A stretch of DNA of 36,220 bases from Gonapodya sp. JEL0774 (Eukaryota): NCBI GenBank assembly GCA_027604505.1, contig JADIIX010000183.1:1-36220 (forward strand), in the 5' to 3' direction. The translations under genes were made by a program, and so were the position numbers. Below the pieces are notes generated by a model, which had not been told where the DNA came from, made no database searches, and saw only the letters and a list, made by a program, of their open reading frames with translations. Of the stretch, positions 22,441 through 35,755 are shown piece by piece (positions within the stretch are counted from its first letter, which is position 1; the number at the start of each line of letters is the position of its first letter).

Positions 22441-25026
22441 ATGGAATCATGTTGGACGAAGTGCTTCGAAGCGGGGAACCCCTGGTGTATAGAGCGTGGA
22501 GTTCATTACAAATCCTCTCCAGAATGCAAAAATGCCGCAACAGGAAACGTAGCGTGTATGAAGTTTGAGAGACTCAAACGTGACAGCCATTATCCCTGCC
22601 AGGGTGCCCCAGAATTCACATAATGCCGAACTTGCTGGTCCTAAGCACAGTGCTGAGGCCGAGGTTTCCGAGCCGAGAGACGACGTCAAGCTGCCGAAGT
22701 AAACGAGTTAACATCCGTTCAAGGAATGTGCGTTGAAAACGAAGATGCGATGTGCGCTTCTCGGACTTAATCTCCGGGTCCACATCCCAGATTCATCTGA
22801 GTTCTCCCAGATAATGTCAGTCCCAGTTCTCCTCGTCAAGCTGCCAATTGCACCTGGCTCGTACTCTCTCGAATCAAAAATAATGAAGCAGTTTCCGCCG
22901 CTGAAAATGGCGTTTGTCAGCACACGTTCAACGCAAGGACAATCTTACAACATTGGAGACCTCTTGGCATCGCCCTTTCAGATCAACTCCCCTGTCCCTC
23001 CGGACACGCTCGTCGCCGTATTTGAGCTGCTATGCCAGCAACGATATACTCATGTCCTCCTGAAGCCGGTTCTGGAGAGCTCATTCCCTTGGTCGAACTC
23101 GGACTTTTACAGGACAGCGATTCGATCGGTCCCGGAGCACGTCAACACGCTCTTCATACTGCTGCCGGACGAAGGAGGGAACTATTTTTCGAAAAGGATT
23201 GTACATGCCGTGAATGGAGATCATGAATGCAAGAAGTTCAACTGCCAGATTGCTATGGAGAGTTGGTTTGACCCAACCAACATGATAGAATCAATATTGG
23301 TAAAACGGAAGAAAGTCCTCATTTATGACGGCAGTACTATCCTGAGCAATGGCGCTCGGTCGATTACAATTATGGAATCGTGGAAGGCCTACTGCAAAGC
23401 AAAGCTTTGGTAGAAACGAGTGCGTTTGTCGTCTCCGCGATGGAGTTAAATGAGGTGAACAGGAAGATTGAACTTCTCGATGAAAGCAGGCAGCATGGAT
23501 TTGGAAGGGCATTCCAGATCGCCCTGCATGCACACAGCGATGGCAATGGTGATATTGTCAACGCTCTGAATAATGCTATGGAGTGGCCACAGGACGGGGA
23601 CTCCAGCGATGTTCTGATGTGTGTTCCATGTTCTGTCGTCGCCATCCAACGTTTGGATTTCCTCCAATCCGTTCTTACTCGCATCAATGTTTGCACTCGC
23701 GGCGGGATTTTGGCTGAAGAGCCCTTGGGGCACTTTCGAGATGTTCAGGCGATTCCTCGCCCTGGCCAAGTCCATGGTGACTGACGCAATTGACAGTGAA
23801 CCCACCCTGGAAAATCTAGTGGCCCTCCACCACCTCGCGATTGCAATGTTAATTTCCCCAAGCAGCTATCTGCAGTCTGCTGACGGCTACCTTGCAGCCG
23901 CTGTGGCCATGGCAAAAAGTTTGAAACTTGAGGAAATGTGCCAGTCTCATGCCGGGGTCAACCCGATACCAGGATCGATTTCATGGATTGCGTTGCAACA
24001 GATGCTACAGATTCTCTGGGGTGTCGTCTCCGTTGACAGGACCCTCGCACTAGTATTTAACCGAACGCTCTACTTAGAAATCAAGCTTGAAACATTGCCT
24101 AAGCTCACTGATGAGATCTGGACATCTGCACACTTCAGCATAAATCATCCAGGACAGTCATCATTCTTGGCACACATGGAACTCTCAAATATAGCCGCTG
24201 GGATAGATGGGGGTCGAAGGAGCACTGGTGATAGTATCCCACTACGAGCAGTAAATCGAGAAGAACCCTCTACTGTAAGGAGTCCACCAGATGATACAGA
24301 ATTGTCAATGGTTGCTGATAAGTGCTGGATGATTTGTCGGCTCTTGGAGTACAGATCCGGTAAATATTGTGGCCGGCAACATATATCGTCGACGACACTG
24401 ACAGCATTAACCGTCTTCTGATATCAGGAAACCCTGGCATGTTTGGGGATATTCCAGAATTACATCTCGGTGACCTTGCCGTTTCCGAAAATGGAGAAAT
24501 CGTGGCTAACGGCACAAAGACATCAACGCACTTGTCGCAGTACATTTGTCCAACTGTGTGCCCGAGATTGTCATACCACTCGCTGGTACAGGCTAACTTG
24601 CCTTAAGAGGATATTGACAAACGGGAAGCCAACGCGATAGATTGTCTTACACTAACGTCAGTCCCATTGCGTTCTGTTGCAAAAGTTTAAGCAATAGCTT
24701 TACCGCACATCTCTTCAATTTTAAGGGCTAAGTGCGTCGAGATCTGCAATGGTGTCAAGATGGACTGGGTTGACATGGGATTACCTACTAATGGCCACGC
24801 GGTATTCTATTCGGCCTTAGAACTTCTCCAAATTCACCAGGAGAATAGGCGAGTTCCATCTCTAGAATCAATGGTCAGTGCAGCTATTGAAGGGTTAGAG
24901 GGGTGGGTTACTGGTTGTTCGAAGCACAACCACAAACGCTTGGTTGAAGTTGCGTCCTGTTTAACAGTTTTGGGAACCGCTTCAGCTACGCCAAAAATCT
25001 TGCCGTACATCTTCGTAGCGCTCTAG
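22441..25026 (+). pseudogene. Fungal Zn-cluster transcription factor (Zn2Cys6-like + PRTase-like insert + Fungal_trans domain), frameshifted
   Basis: Cys-rich start CWTKC...C...CKN.ATGNVAC (22441-22557). Fungal_trans motifs NPFLLASMFALAA, PTLENLVALHHLA, YLAAAVAMAKSLKL and LWGVVSVDRTLALVFNR (23621-24421). Frame changes near 23330-23380 and 23570-23620 lack clear introns. Confidence 0.7.
22963..23010 (+). repeat. 48-bp direct repeat, copy 2 (inside the TF coding region, LASPFQINSPVPPDTL)
   Basis: 47/48 identical to 20472-20519. Confidence 0.9.
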
Positions 25027-25449
25027 TAAACGCCTTGCTTGGAAGAATGATCGACTTCAAGTCACTTCCAGTAGACATATGACAATTCAATTGGAACCTT
25101 GGTGATATTAAAGACCGTGTTCGGTACATACTTCCTTAGATATATAATACAAAACCTCCTGTCCATTCCGTCTTTTAAAATTCAACGTGCTACCTCTCAG
25201 TTCATTCAACTCCAGCCATTGCCATTCAAAACATGCTGCTCCCGACAGCAGTCAGCACCACTCATACCTTTGACGGTTGCTCCACTTCGAGCCTTAGCAT
25301 AAATCAATCAAAGATTCATCAAGCAGCTCTTGCCACCAACGCCGACGTCCCACTGCGAGTCGCTGTCTCCCTCTGTGCCACATCCTACACCATCATGTGC
25401 CCAGCAGTCCACCGCTCGCCCAGCGCCTAAGTATCCACATATCCAGTCA

Positions 25450-28400
25450 AGACAGTTTCCGCTTCTTGTCCCCCCGCAAGTCCTCCGTAAACCACATCGA
25501 AGTCTCCATCGAGTGCTCCCATGTGGAACGACTCCCCGCCCGTCGCTCCTACCCTCCGGAGCTGTTCCCTCCCTCCACTCCAAAACGTCGAAGACCCAAT
25601 CGCCCCTTTTCAACCCTTCACCTCCGTTGCAACGCCTTCCGAACGGCATCCATTGTCGACGGCGCTGGTCCTCGAGCCACAGCCACCGCCACCACTTTCC
25701 CCACCTCCTTCTCCTTGGCACCGGCCATGACCTGCCACTGCCCTCTCGACTCCTGAATCATTGACAAAGATCCACAAAAAGTGATTCCCAATGCGCCCTT
25801 GCCAGTTCAAGTCCCTCCCGAGTGGTGTTGGTCGGTCCTCTCCCCGCGTCGGCGTGCTTCATCACCTCCACCAAGTTCATCAACCTCGGCATCCGCAGCA
25901 CAATACCCTCCACCGACAGCGCCGCGCACGACCCGATACCGATTTGCTCTTCGATCAGATCGGCGATCAGGCTGCCTCGCAGGTAAATCTCCCGTTTGGT
26001 CAAGGCTGCCGGATTCCCCACGATACTGCGCAGAGCGTCCTTGCACAGAGCCGCACGGACGTGAAACAGCGTGGCACGGATGTACGCCCTGAAGACAGGC
26101 TCGGAGGTGATGTACTGAGGCGAGTGGATCGTGATGGCTGTTGAGGCAGAGTCAAGGTGAAGGCGGCGGTCGTGTCCGTGGTGATCGGAGACGGAGGCGT
26201 GGCGGCGATGGTGAGCCTGGGAGTGGATGACACGTGGTCCATCATTTGTCTGAAGCTGATGATGGCCTGGGTTTTCGGTGCATGGGAGGCGTCGTGGTGA
26301 CGACGAAGTTGGTCACGTCGCACACCCCGAAAGCGTACCGACGTTGCGGATGATGCTTTTCGAGGAGAGACTGAAGGCTCCGGGCTTCAGCGAGTGGCTT
26401 TTCGACGGACGGTTTGTTGCGGACGATGCAGACGACCATCTCAAGGAGTCTCCTGTCGACAAAGTGACCGTCGGACTGGCCTCCCCTAGGGAGATGATCG
26501 TTGGAGTAATGGATCATCGGCGCCGGATGGGACTTCTTTGCGAAGATGCTCATGACGTCCGCCAGCTGTTTGAGTCGCGCTCCGTCCAGATCCGTGAGCG
26601 CTTCGTGGAAACTCAAACTGCTGGGGTGACGCGTACACCACGAAGGCGTGTGCGGGGAACGCGAAGGGCTCGACGCACGACTTGATGGTGTAGTAGATGG
26701 GCGCTCAGGGTTAGGTCGTTATGTCCGTGGTGCTACTCGTCCGAGAGGGTGAAAGGAGGAGAAAATTGGTATTGTGTTTGCTCTCAGTATTGACGAGCGC
26801 TTCAGAGTGCATGTATTTCCCGGCGAAATCGTCTTCGCTAAAGTTGCCCGATGCTTGATTGTCAAACGGGTTGTCCAGCACGACCACGGTCCCGTTCGAT
26901 CAGTCCCTCCCTATGAGCCTGAAATCCTGTTTTCCTTCGTGAGAAAGGTCCCAAATGCCCACGAATCCTTGAGGTCCGCTGCAGTACAATGCCCGCGCGA
27001 CGCTGCTCGAGGCGCTCACTTCCGCAGTCGTCGTCTGGGAATTGGTAACCAGCAATGTTCGAACCCCGGGTGTGCGCGAGTACCCAGACGACACTCGGAT
27101 GGTCAGCCCCCGGCTGGTCAGGTTCGGTGAGCCGTCCGGGCTCCCTATGCACAGGGCGAACCATAAAGAAGCGCTGCTGTATGGTTAGACGCTGGATGAA
27201 AGCTTGATGTACGCGGCGGATTTGACGATCGATTCAGGTTCGATGAGGTCGTACTCTATGATGTTGTGACGATGGCTTCTACTGGCGGGGTTGAACTGAA
27301 CGGAGTAGGGTTGTGGTCGTTCCAAAAGGTGAGACAGTCCAGCAGAATATCTCCCGACGTGAGCTCCACACGAATGACCATGCGGCGTTTGTCCATACGG
27401 ACGTAGTGTGATGTCCTTCAGCCCGCACAGAAGAACACACTACTCCCCAGGTAAGATCGAGGCGAGGTGCTGGACCGGGGAAAGCTCGATGGGATAACGG
27501 AGGCTGACTATCCATGGCCCGCAAAGATCCTAGAGATCGCGTCCAAATGGTGCGGCCTGAACAGAGAGAGGGTGCATGGGAGAGAGAGATAGACAGGCAC
27601 ACACACGCAGAGAGAGATAGAGAGTGATGGAGACCACATGATTGTTAGATGATGCAGTTCGGTATGAGTAGAAAAGAGGAGACAGTACCGTACCTGAGCG
27701 AAGATTCGAAACGCGGCGGTTTGGTTGATAACCACTGGCTCCCCCCGAGCTTGACGGTTTGTTTGGTTCGCCTTCAGCTTCACAGTGTCGCAATTTGCAA
27801 AATGAAAAGACCAATAACGATCCTTATTCGGTCCCGCACTGACTTTACTTGGAATCTCGACGGTTTGTTGGACGGAGACGTGGATGACGACAAAGTTTCC
27901 AGGGCCCTCGGTGACTATCCACTCCTCTCCAGCAATCGCACCATCCCGCATATATAGTATAGTTGGGTGCTGTGCCGATGGTGTGGGCATGCTCGCCAGG
28001 TTATTGAGTGAGACTGACTCGATGAGGACCCGAGTGTCGCTCCACCCGCGAGCCGTCACTATAGCCTTTCTCGGGGCGAAGAGATACCTCCGTACCCTTG
28101 AAACTGTAGATTTCCTCGTAGGTGTCGATGCCCCTCTCACCCCTGTCGATACGGATCTGGAAAGAATCGTCCTTGCCATCTCGTCCGTCGCTTGCAGACT
28201 GGCCATCTCGGTCAGGGAACCCATCCGGTCCCGAACCGCGATTGCATTTCTATGGTGGACTGTGTTAGATTGACCTGGCGTTCTACCCCCGTCTGTGGAA
28301 GCGAAATGTTTGTTTTCAGTCCAGGTGTTCCAAAGCCACCACTGCCGCCAGTGCCTGGGGGAAAAAAAAGTTTGGTGCCAAAGCAGATACTCTGGTGGGG

Positions 28401-28975
28401 CGATCTTGAAAATATGGAGCAAAAAGGGGTCGGTCTCACCTCCTGCTGCGGGACTTCCTCATCGTCCGCCGACGCCGCGACCGACATTGGGCTCAGTGTC
28501 AAATCGGGCAAGTACGAATCTGCTTCACATAAGGTTATCAAGATCGAGCCACCGTTTCCTCCATCACCATCATCTCCTGTGTCGCCACCTGGACCTCCAG
28601 GTCGGCCCCGTTCCCCGTGGGTGCCCTGCAAAAGTCTCGTTGCATCTCTACCACTGAGAGATTGAAAAGGAGATTCGATTTATCTGAGCGTTCGAAGTCG
28701 GAGTGAACGTTGTGTCTCAGTACTAACTTTTCACCCCTTCGTCCTTGTGCCCCCCGTTTTCCATCCCCTCCCGCACCACCGTTACCGCCTTTTGCTGTAA
28801 ACTGAATCCATTCTCCAGGTCCCACTTTTCTGACGCCGTTAAATTTTCCTTGGACGCGAATGTATGTCTCGCCGGGGGTTCAAGTGGGAACGACTCTGGA
28901 ATCCGGCAGTGGTGAAGCAGATGTTGCCGGCATTCTGTCCGTCCGTTCCCGAAGTTCCGTCCCTGACGCCGAGGA
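25450..28975 (-). pseudogene. Large Gly-rich (collagen-like N-terminus) fungal protein, multiple stops and frameshifts
   Basis: Segments GTDGQNAGNICF, FTAKGGNGGAGGDG, DATRLLQGTHGERGRPGGPGG...GGNGGSILI, SLNNLASMPTP, LLVTNSQTT...IWDLS and LEKHHPQRRY occur in order on the minus strand in shifting frames. From memory they resemble an uncharacterised fungal family. Boundaries are approximate. Confidence 0.55.
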
Positions 28976-29001
28976 CTCACCGATAAATAGTCCTCGTCCA
29001 T

Positions 29002-31227
29002 TCATACATTCCTGGTCAAAGAAGTCTCGTCATATGGTTCTATTCTCTTTGACGATCCGCCTTGTTTGCTCTTCCAGTTGAAGCTCCAACACTTAATTTT
29101 CGGATTTGCTCCAAGAGCTCCTTGAACGTGTTCTCGTCGAAAGCTTTTTTTCACGCTATCCACTAACGCCGTCTGACATTTTTCGACTTCTGCGCGCCGC
29201 TTTGTCGGATCTTTTGGAATGGAACCCGTTGAATCATCGGGCAAAGCGACCTCAAAGTTCGAATTCTGCCAATAAGTATTCATTGCTATCTCTCGGGGCA
29301 CCACCAGAGTCTGGCAAATCATCATCACTGGCACCAGTGTCAGGACTGCTTCACTGCTCTCTTTATTGGCCGCCTCATCACCTTGCTGCATATTCTCAAT
29401 TGCAGATGTGAATTCCTGAATACGCAAGTGCCGAGTCCCGTTCAGCGATCACAGAATCCCGCTTGCGAAGTAAGAACTCTTTCTCCTTCAGTTGGAGGTC
29501 CCGCACTTTTGTTTTGGATTCTTTCATTCGCAAGAGTGCTTCCGTCGATTGAATCGGGGACTGGCGTTCTCGCCATAGCAACTCTGTCTCCCTAGAGTCC
29601 CCTTCGGTGACCACCGATAGACTATCTCGAATCAAGATATCCTTCTCTTGAGCAGCGTGTTCTTTTCTTCAGTTTGCAAAGACTTCTCTCATAGTGCCTC
29701 TTGAAGTCGGGACAGTTCTGATTGTACTGTTCACAAACGATGATGAAGTTCAGGTATCCTACTTTCCTCGTCTCGTATGCGCTTAAGCCTCTTCTCGTTC
29801 CCTTTACGCTGCTCTCGGACAAGGTCATTCTGTGCGTTGAAGAGATCTCTGTTTGTCTTTTGGACCTCTTCTCGCCGCCTAGCAAGCTCGGAGCGGAGAC
29901 CTTTTACTTCGTTTTCCCTTGACCCTAGTTCCTGGACCAGGTCGTTTTGCTCTGTTTGAAGCGCTACAAGGTCCGACTTATGTTTGGTAGCTCGTGCTTC
30001 CGCTTCTACCAAGTTGTTCTTGGTCTGGTCCGAATCAGCTGGGTGAACATCGAGAGATTTGTTCAGCACCTCGCTCTTCGACATGAGTATCAGAATTTGT
30101 GGGTCGGCAATCGCTTGCGCAGCTCGGACATTCTCTTCAAATGTTCTCAGATTGTCTTCAAGGGAAGTGCGTTCAGCCACCAAGTTTTCAACGCGCCTCC
30201 TGAAATCTTCCGCAATCATAGGTCTTGGATTGTCTGAACATATTCGACTTGGGTTAGATAGTTGCCCGTACATGTCTACCACAGCATGCTGAAGAGCGGA
30301 GATTGTTTTTGGGGGTGCAATAGCGTTGGCCGAACGGTCGATCAACTTGGAGTTTGCTGCCGCGAGTTCCGTACCAAGAGACAAGACGGTGTTTTCGAAA
30401 CCGGCCTGGGCCCCCTTGAACCTGGCGGCAGCATCCGCCATCTCCCCCTCAAAGCTCTCGATCTTGCACCATTACGGCAATATACTCCTCGTACGACCGA
30501 ATCCTCCCTCCCGCCTCCATGACTCCCCTGCTGACAGTCTCTTAGCCCTCGCTCTGTTCCTAAACACACCACTCAAGCTGCTTGCGCGTCTCTTCGAGTC
30601 CGTTGGCTTTTCGTTTGCGATTTGCGATGGCGGCATTACGATCCTGGATCACCTCTTGTGTTGCTCGAAGTTTGCATGCCAGATCTGTCAGAGTCTTTTC
30701 CCGCGCTGATTCCATGCAGGTCTCTACCTCGTGGCCGCAACTGAGCTGCGCGACCTCAGCCGCGTGGTGGGTTTCCCGGTCCGCCTTGTCCCGCTCTGCC
30801 TGCCCCGCGATTTTGTCCACCTCCCCCCTCGCCGCCGCCACCTCTCCTTCTCCATCTCCTCCCTCGTCCTGGCCACCTCCCTCTCCATCTCTCTCTCCAC
30901 CTCCCTCTTCCCCCTCTCAGACACCTGCACCCTCTCCCTGGCCTCCTTCTCGGCCCTCGTCACCCTCTGCCCTGCCTCAACCTCGAGTTTTGTCGCCACA
31001 TCCTCGTGCTGCCCCAGTGACTCCACCAACTCCTCCCGCCCCACCTCCCACGCACGAGACTTGGCCTCCACCTCGGTCTCCCGGGCCCTCGATGCGGCCA
31101 AGAGAGTGATCCTCTTCTCGCTGGGCCAGGGCCGATCTCGCCGCGGCCAGCTCGACTGTGCGGTGGCGGTGGCTGCGGCGGGGGTGGCGGCCAACCTGCT
31201 CCTCACCGCTCCCGCCCCACTAGACAC
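29002..31227 (-). pseudogene. Long coiled-coil protein, frameshifted
   Basis: Overlapping E/R/K/A/L-rich heptad-like ORFs (30724-31227, 30560-30841, 29731-30441, 29396-29635, 29002-29427) in changing frames with no intron-sized gaps. Confidence 0.6.
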
Positions 31228-31960
31228 GGTCCTCAGCTCTTGTCCTCTCCCTCTCCCTCCCCCCTACCACTGGCCCCACCCCTACAGCTGACCCTGCCCG
31301 CGCCACTGCCCCCCTTTCCACGCTCACCCCGGACACCTGTGCAAACCCTCTCGGGACTGACACATCCGCGATGAGTCTTATTGATAGGGACACAGACTCC
31401 GTGGTGGACCGGGAGGGTATAATGGCGGGTTTGGCCAGGGGGCCGTGGCGGCGGTGGCACGCTGGGGATAGGTAAGGCCCGAGGACTTGGTACCGGGATC
31501 ACATTCTTTGCTCGTGTACCCGGAAGCCAGCTCATCGTAGCAGTAGTGTTTCACTGCACAGCCAGGCTCGCATCCCACGGATTTCCGGCCCAACAAGTCT
31601 GCAGAGGTGGGAGATTAGGGTGTCAATTGTCTGTGGCACCAACAAAAAGACAAAAGGCGTTGACGAAAGGCGATTTGAGATGGACAAGGGAACGACAGCA
31701 AGACTGGAGAGGTAATATGTGGGCCGAGAGCTCACCTGATCTTAGCGCACATTCACGTTCTACCAGCAACAGTAATGCTAAGGGCACCCGTGCTTTGTTT
31801 CTGTCCAGGAAAGTCATCGTATGGGTAGAAGAGATACCTTGGTGAGGATGAGGTGGCGCAAGAAGACATTGCGAGAAAGAGAGTTAGTGTTAGGCCAGAA
31901 GGATGGAGATAAACAGGCTCAAAGTATGGAGAACATTGGTTACTCGAGTCTCGGAACGGA

Positions 31961-32077
31961 GGGGGGGGGGGGGGGGGGGGGCGGCGGTANNNNNNNNNNC
32001 ACCCCTGCCACCACGGGCCCGCCGCCCCGCCCCGCGCCCCCCCCCCCCCCGCCCGCCCGGCCCCCCCCCCGCCCCGG
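31961..32077. other. Poly-G / poly-C low-complexity tract around a 10-N assembly gap (31990-31999)
   Basis: Read directly. Sequence quality next to the gap is doubtful. Confidence 0.95.
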
Positions 32078-34332
32078 CGTTATATGTTCTCGATTTCCTT
32101 TACGTTCGTTCATATTTCCTCCTCATCCACCTTGTCATGCACCCACCATGACCCATTCATCACGCTGACAAACGAAGACAATTCTTTCCAAACGATTCTT
32201 CGGTATTGCATTCACTTGACTTGTCATGGGGAGCGACGACGAAGTGCGGGAGAGATGTGGGGTGACGAGGGTGCAAGTAAGAGGAGCATGGCGAAATGTA
32301 CAAGGGCATAGGCTGGGAATGGACTGGAGAGAACACTTGAGTGTGAGCAGCGAAAATGCGTCCTCGAAAGGGAAGTCAGTTTGCACTGAAACCTCTCGCA
32401 ACCTCCTTGGATCTCGCACCTATCACACACCCGAGAGTAACGCTATTGTTATTGCCTTGATTGTTAAGCGAAGAGGAGAAGCCGAGGAGAGAGTACCGTG
32501 CTCAACACGACAGCTAAAACATCAGAAGAATGGACAACTTGAAGGGACCTGGCCCCATTCTTGATGTGGGTCATCCGGCCTATATACCATTTGGTCAGGG
32601 AAGAGCGATTCATCGACTGAATTTCCTGAGAGTTTGAGACGTTCACGTAGTGTAGTGAAATTTGGACGATTGCACGACCATGTTTCATGTGAGAAGCATC
32701 GTGTCGTGTTACATCACGTTCACAAAGTTTCGCAACCAATTCAATTGCCTTCATTCCATTGTTTTCTTGTACGATATCACACAAAGTTTGTTGTAGAAGA
32801 ACAGGCTCCATTGTATTACCCTTTTGTTGAGAAAAAAATGGTGTGTCCGCAAAGACCTCGGATGATCCGCAGTGGTACCGCCACGGACTACCATGTTCTC
32901 TCATCATATATGTATGACACAAGTGTCCATCTCCTTCTCCTCCTTTGTCATTCATTTCCCAGAAGCTTCTCGAAAAAGGTGAATACTGTATTGTCTGCCC
33001 CGTCTCTGGAGAGGAGGACAGGTCTTCGTGTCGGTGGTAATGCGACCGACTCGCTCGGCAGAACCGGAGATGACTGGACTCGTGCGCCCCCAATCTCGCT
33101 GCCATTGGTCTGGACGAATATTCCTTGGACCTGTGTGATATGTTGCAACGTTCTGTCGATGGATATGCCGACTCCGCTCTTTTCAAACCATGTCATGTCA
33201 GGCTGCTACTGCGCACACCTTCCCCAGACGTAGAGTCCATCACCGACAAAACACTATCATCCAACAAGCGAAGAGACAAGCGAAGAGATGTCTCAGGTCA
33301 CAGCAGATAAGGGCAAGCGGAAGAGAGATTCTTCTAGCGACTCAGAACTCTCGGGGAACAATCCAGCCAACATACCTCGGGTAAGTGTAATCCATATCAT
33401 ACGTATATACACCTAGTAACCTTCAATTCTCTTATCTATAGACGTACAGAGAGGTTCTGGACATGTATCGGATGACACAAACCGGTCCGAATCAGAGAGT
33501 CATCAAGTACCTTCGGCATTCGGAGAGGCAGCATATCCCTCTTAGGGACTGTCTCGACATTTCGACCTTCAGACGATGGGAGTCTGAAACGAATCTCCAA
33601 AATGGTGAAAGTATCACGTGTTTTCAAGCATTTTTGGAGAATTTGTCTATGTGAGTAATCACTGAGAACTGGACCAATTAGTGGTGGAGGCGGTGGATCC
33701 AGTCCAAGGTATGCTGTATAGCTACCTGGATCGAGTTTCAGGTCTGCTGCATAGCGACCTGGTCGGCGAGACTCGATTCCACTGTCTTCATCGGTAATTG
33801 GCAGAGCATAGTGCCCCCTGGTGGCCAATTGATGGTGTTCGTGGTTGCATCGGGTCTCAGGTCTGCTGGATAGCGACTGGATCGACGAGACAAGTTGCTT
33901 CCACCTTCATCAGAAACTGGTTTGCTTCCAAGTGGAGCAAGCTTGGGCTGGATGATGTGTTTCATCACATTGTCTGGCTGGGGGTGCCTTCTTACCCGGT
34001 TTTTGGCTGACAGCGTGGGCTGGGTCGACGGGCGAGGAGAAACATGTGCTCTGATGATATCTTTCTGGCGGCCAGCAATCCGATGGATAACCGCTGCGGG
34101 GTGTGGTCGGACCAATGTACCACCCCCAATGGGCTCGCAGGGTCAATACCAAACCTTTATGTTTACCCTCCGTGCCTGGTGGATCGGACTGGCATCGGTA
34201 AACAGCGACTGTTGTCGTCATAGAAAGGGGGGTCCTCGAGCAGTCTCAGGTCTTTCGCTTTGGGTTTGACCGACTCGACGAGGCCGGCTCTGTCTCACGC
34301 TGGTCGCTCCAAGTGTTCATGCTTGGGTCGAA

Positions 34333-35479
34333 TTGCTGTTCAACCCTCTTCGGAAAGCATCCTTCTCATCTTTTATTTGCCTTTTTCTTTCAAGTGCTAC
34401 AACACTACCCACACGAGAAGTCAACGAAGGGTTCACCTACCAGAAATTTCTCGATGCATGTCAGATGGAACATCAGAAACTTGGAATTGTTGGATACATT
34501 GGACATTGTCGTTCCACAGGAGTCGATGTTTTGGAGTCCATGAAAGTTAGATGTTACGATCGTTGGGAGGAATCCACTACGAAAGATCCTGAAAGACGGA
34601 AGAGTTTTTTGGAACTCATTCGTGTTCTGAATCTGCAGCTAGTGAGTATTTTTTTTGTTTAGAAAAACCCTCGTTGCCCTTGACAACTGACCACCTGCGA
34701 AGGATTTGACTGGGGATACGACTCTCGCGTCAAAAACAGGACCAGAGTTATTCTGCACGGACAACATGTTTTCGGAGGACCCACTCGATCCTACTGGCGC
34801 GGGAGAGATGGATGAATCCAAAGAAGAAGGAAGTGACATACCCGGGACCCCTGAAAATGTGCTTCGGGACCGGGAAAGTATGAGACTCCGAGCAGAGATC
34901 TTCGAACTTCGCCTGCAGCGTATGAATGAAGAACTCAAGAGAAAAGAGGTGGCCTTTCGACGTGATATGGAGACAAGGGAAGTGGATTATAAGAAGAAAG
35001 TAGGAACATTGACGGATCAGATGGAAGCCGAGCGAAGGAGCAACAGCGATAAACTCAAAGCAATGGAAAAGAACCACTCGATGTCTCAGAGGATGACGGG
35101 AGCCTTGATTCATCGCCTTCAAACGGAATTGGATTCGACACAACCTACGCTCCAAGCTCAGCTGGGTAAGCACGATGCTTTGAAGTCGGAAATGGAAGCA
35201 CTGAAGAAACAGATTGCGAAAACGGAAGAGGAGAATCGACAGTTGAGGCAGAAAATTGCAATTCTGGATGCCGGGTATTTGAAGAAGAAGAATACGGGTC
35301 TACAATCAGAGGTCGATGGACTGAGATTGGAGGTCAATGGATTGAGAGAACAACTTCAAGCTGCTGATGAAAAATGCGAGAAGTTCAGGCGCGAGTGGGG
35401 AATGGAGCTCCATAACAGAATCAATGCAAATGCGAAATTTCCGGACTTTACTCTGCTGAGACCAGATACACCAGAATAG
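34333..35479 (+). CDS. Uncharacterised coiled-coil protein (at least 2 exons; 5' end uncertain)
   Basis: The ORF at 34333 joins the ORF at 34706 through a phase-0 intron 34642-34702 (GTGAGT...AAG). About 170 aa of heptad-rich sequence (RLRAEIFELRLQRMNEELKRKE...). Confidence 0.65.
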
Positions 35480-35755
35480 TCTATACAAAAATACCTTTTT
35501 CTTTTATTCCCTCACTTTATAAAATCGTTTCTTGACAATTGTCAACTATATATATAAGTGCTGGATGCTGATGATCAATAATCAATTGTCAGTATGCCCC
35601 TCTAAAAATAAGACTAACCGATTTTCAGCAGAGCTGGAATCACTTCCCCGGATTTTGTTGACTTTTGTTTGTTTGCTCAGTATGAATTCCCTTGTCAGCT
35701 TTGCACTGTTATCAAAAATTTTTTTTTTGAGTTTATTCATTTATGAGTACAGGAC

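Noticed and set aside
31961..32077. G-run/C-run pair as a functional hairpin or G-quadruplex element
   Set aside because: It spans an N gap with likely low-quality bases, so true sequence and spacing are unknown.
32464..34269. Overlapping 100-240 aa ORFs on both strands
   Set aside because: No recognisable motifs and no consistent exon chain, so strand and product cannot be assigned.
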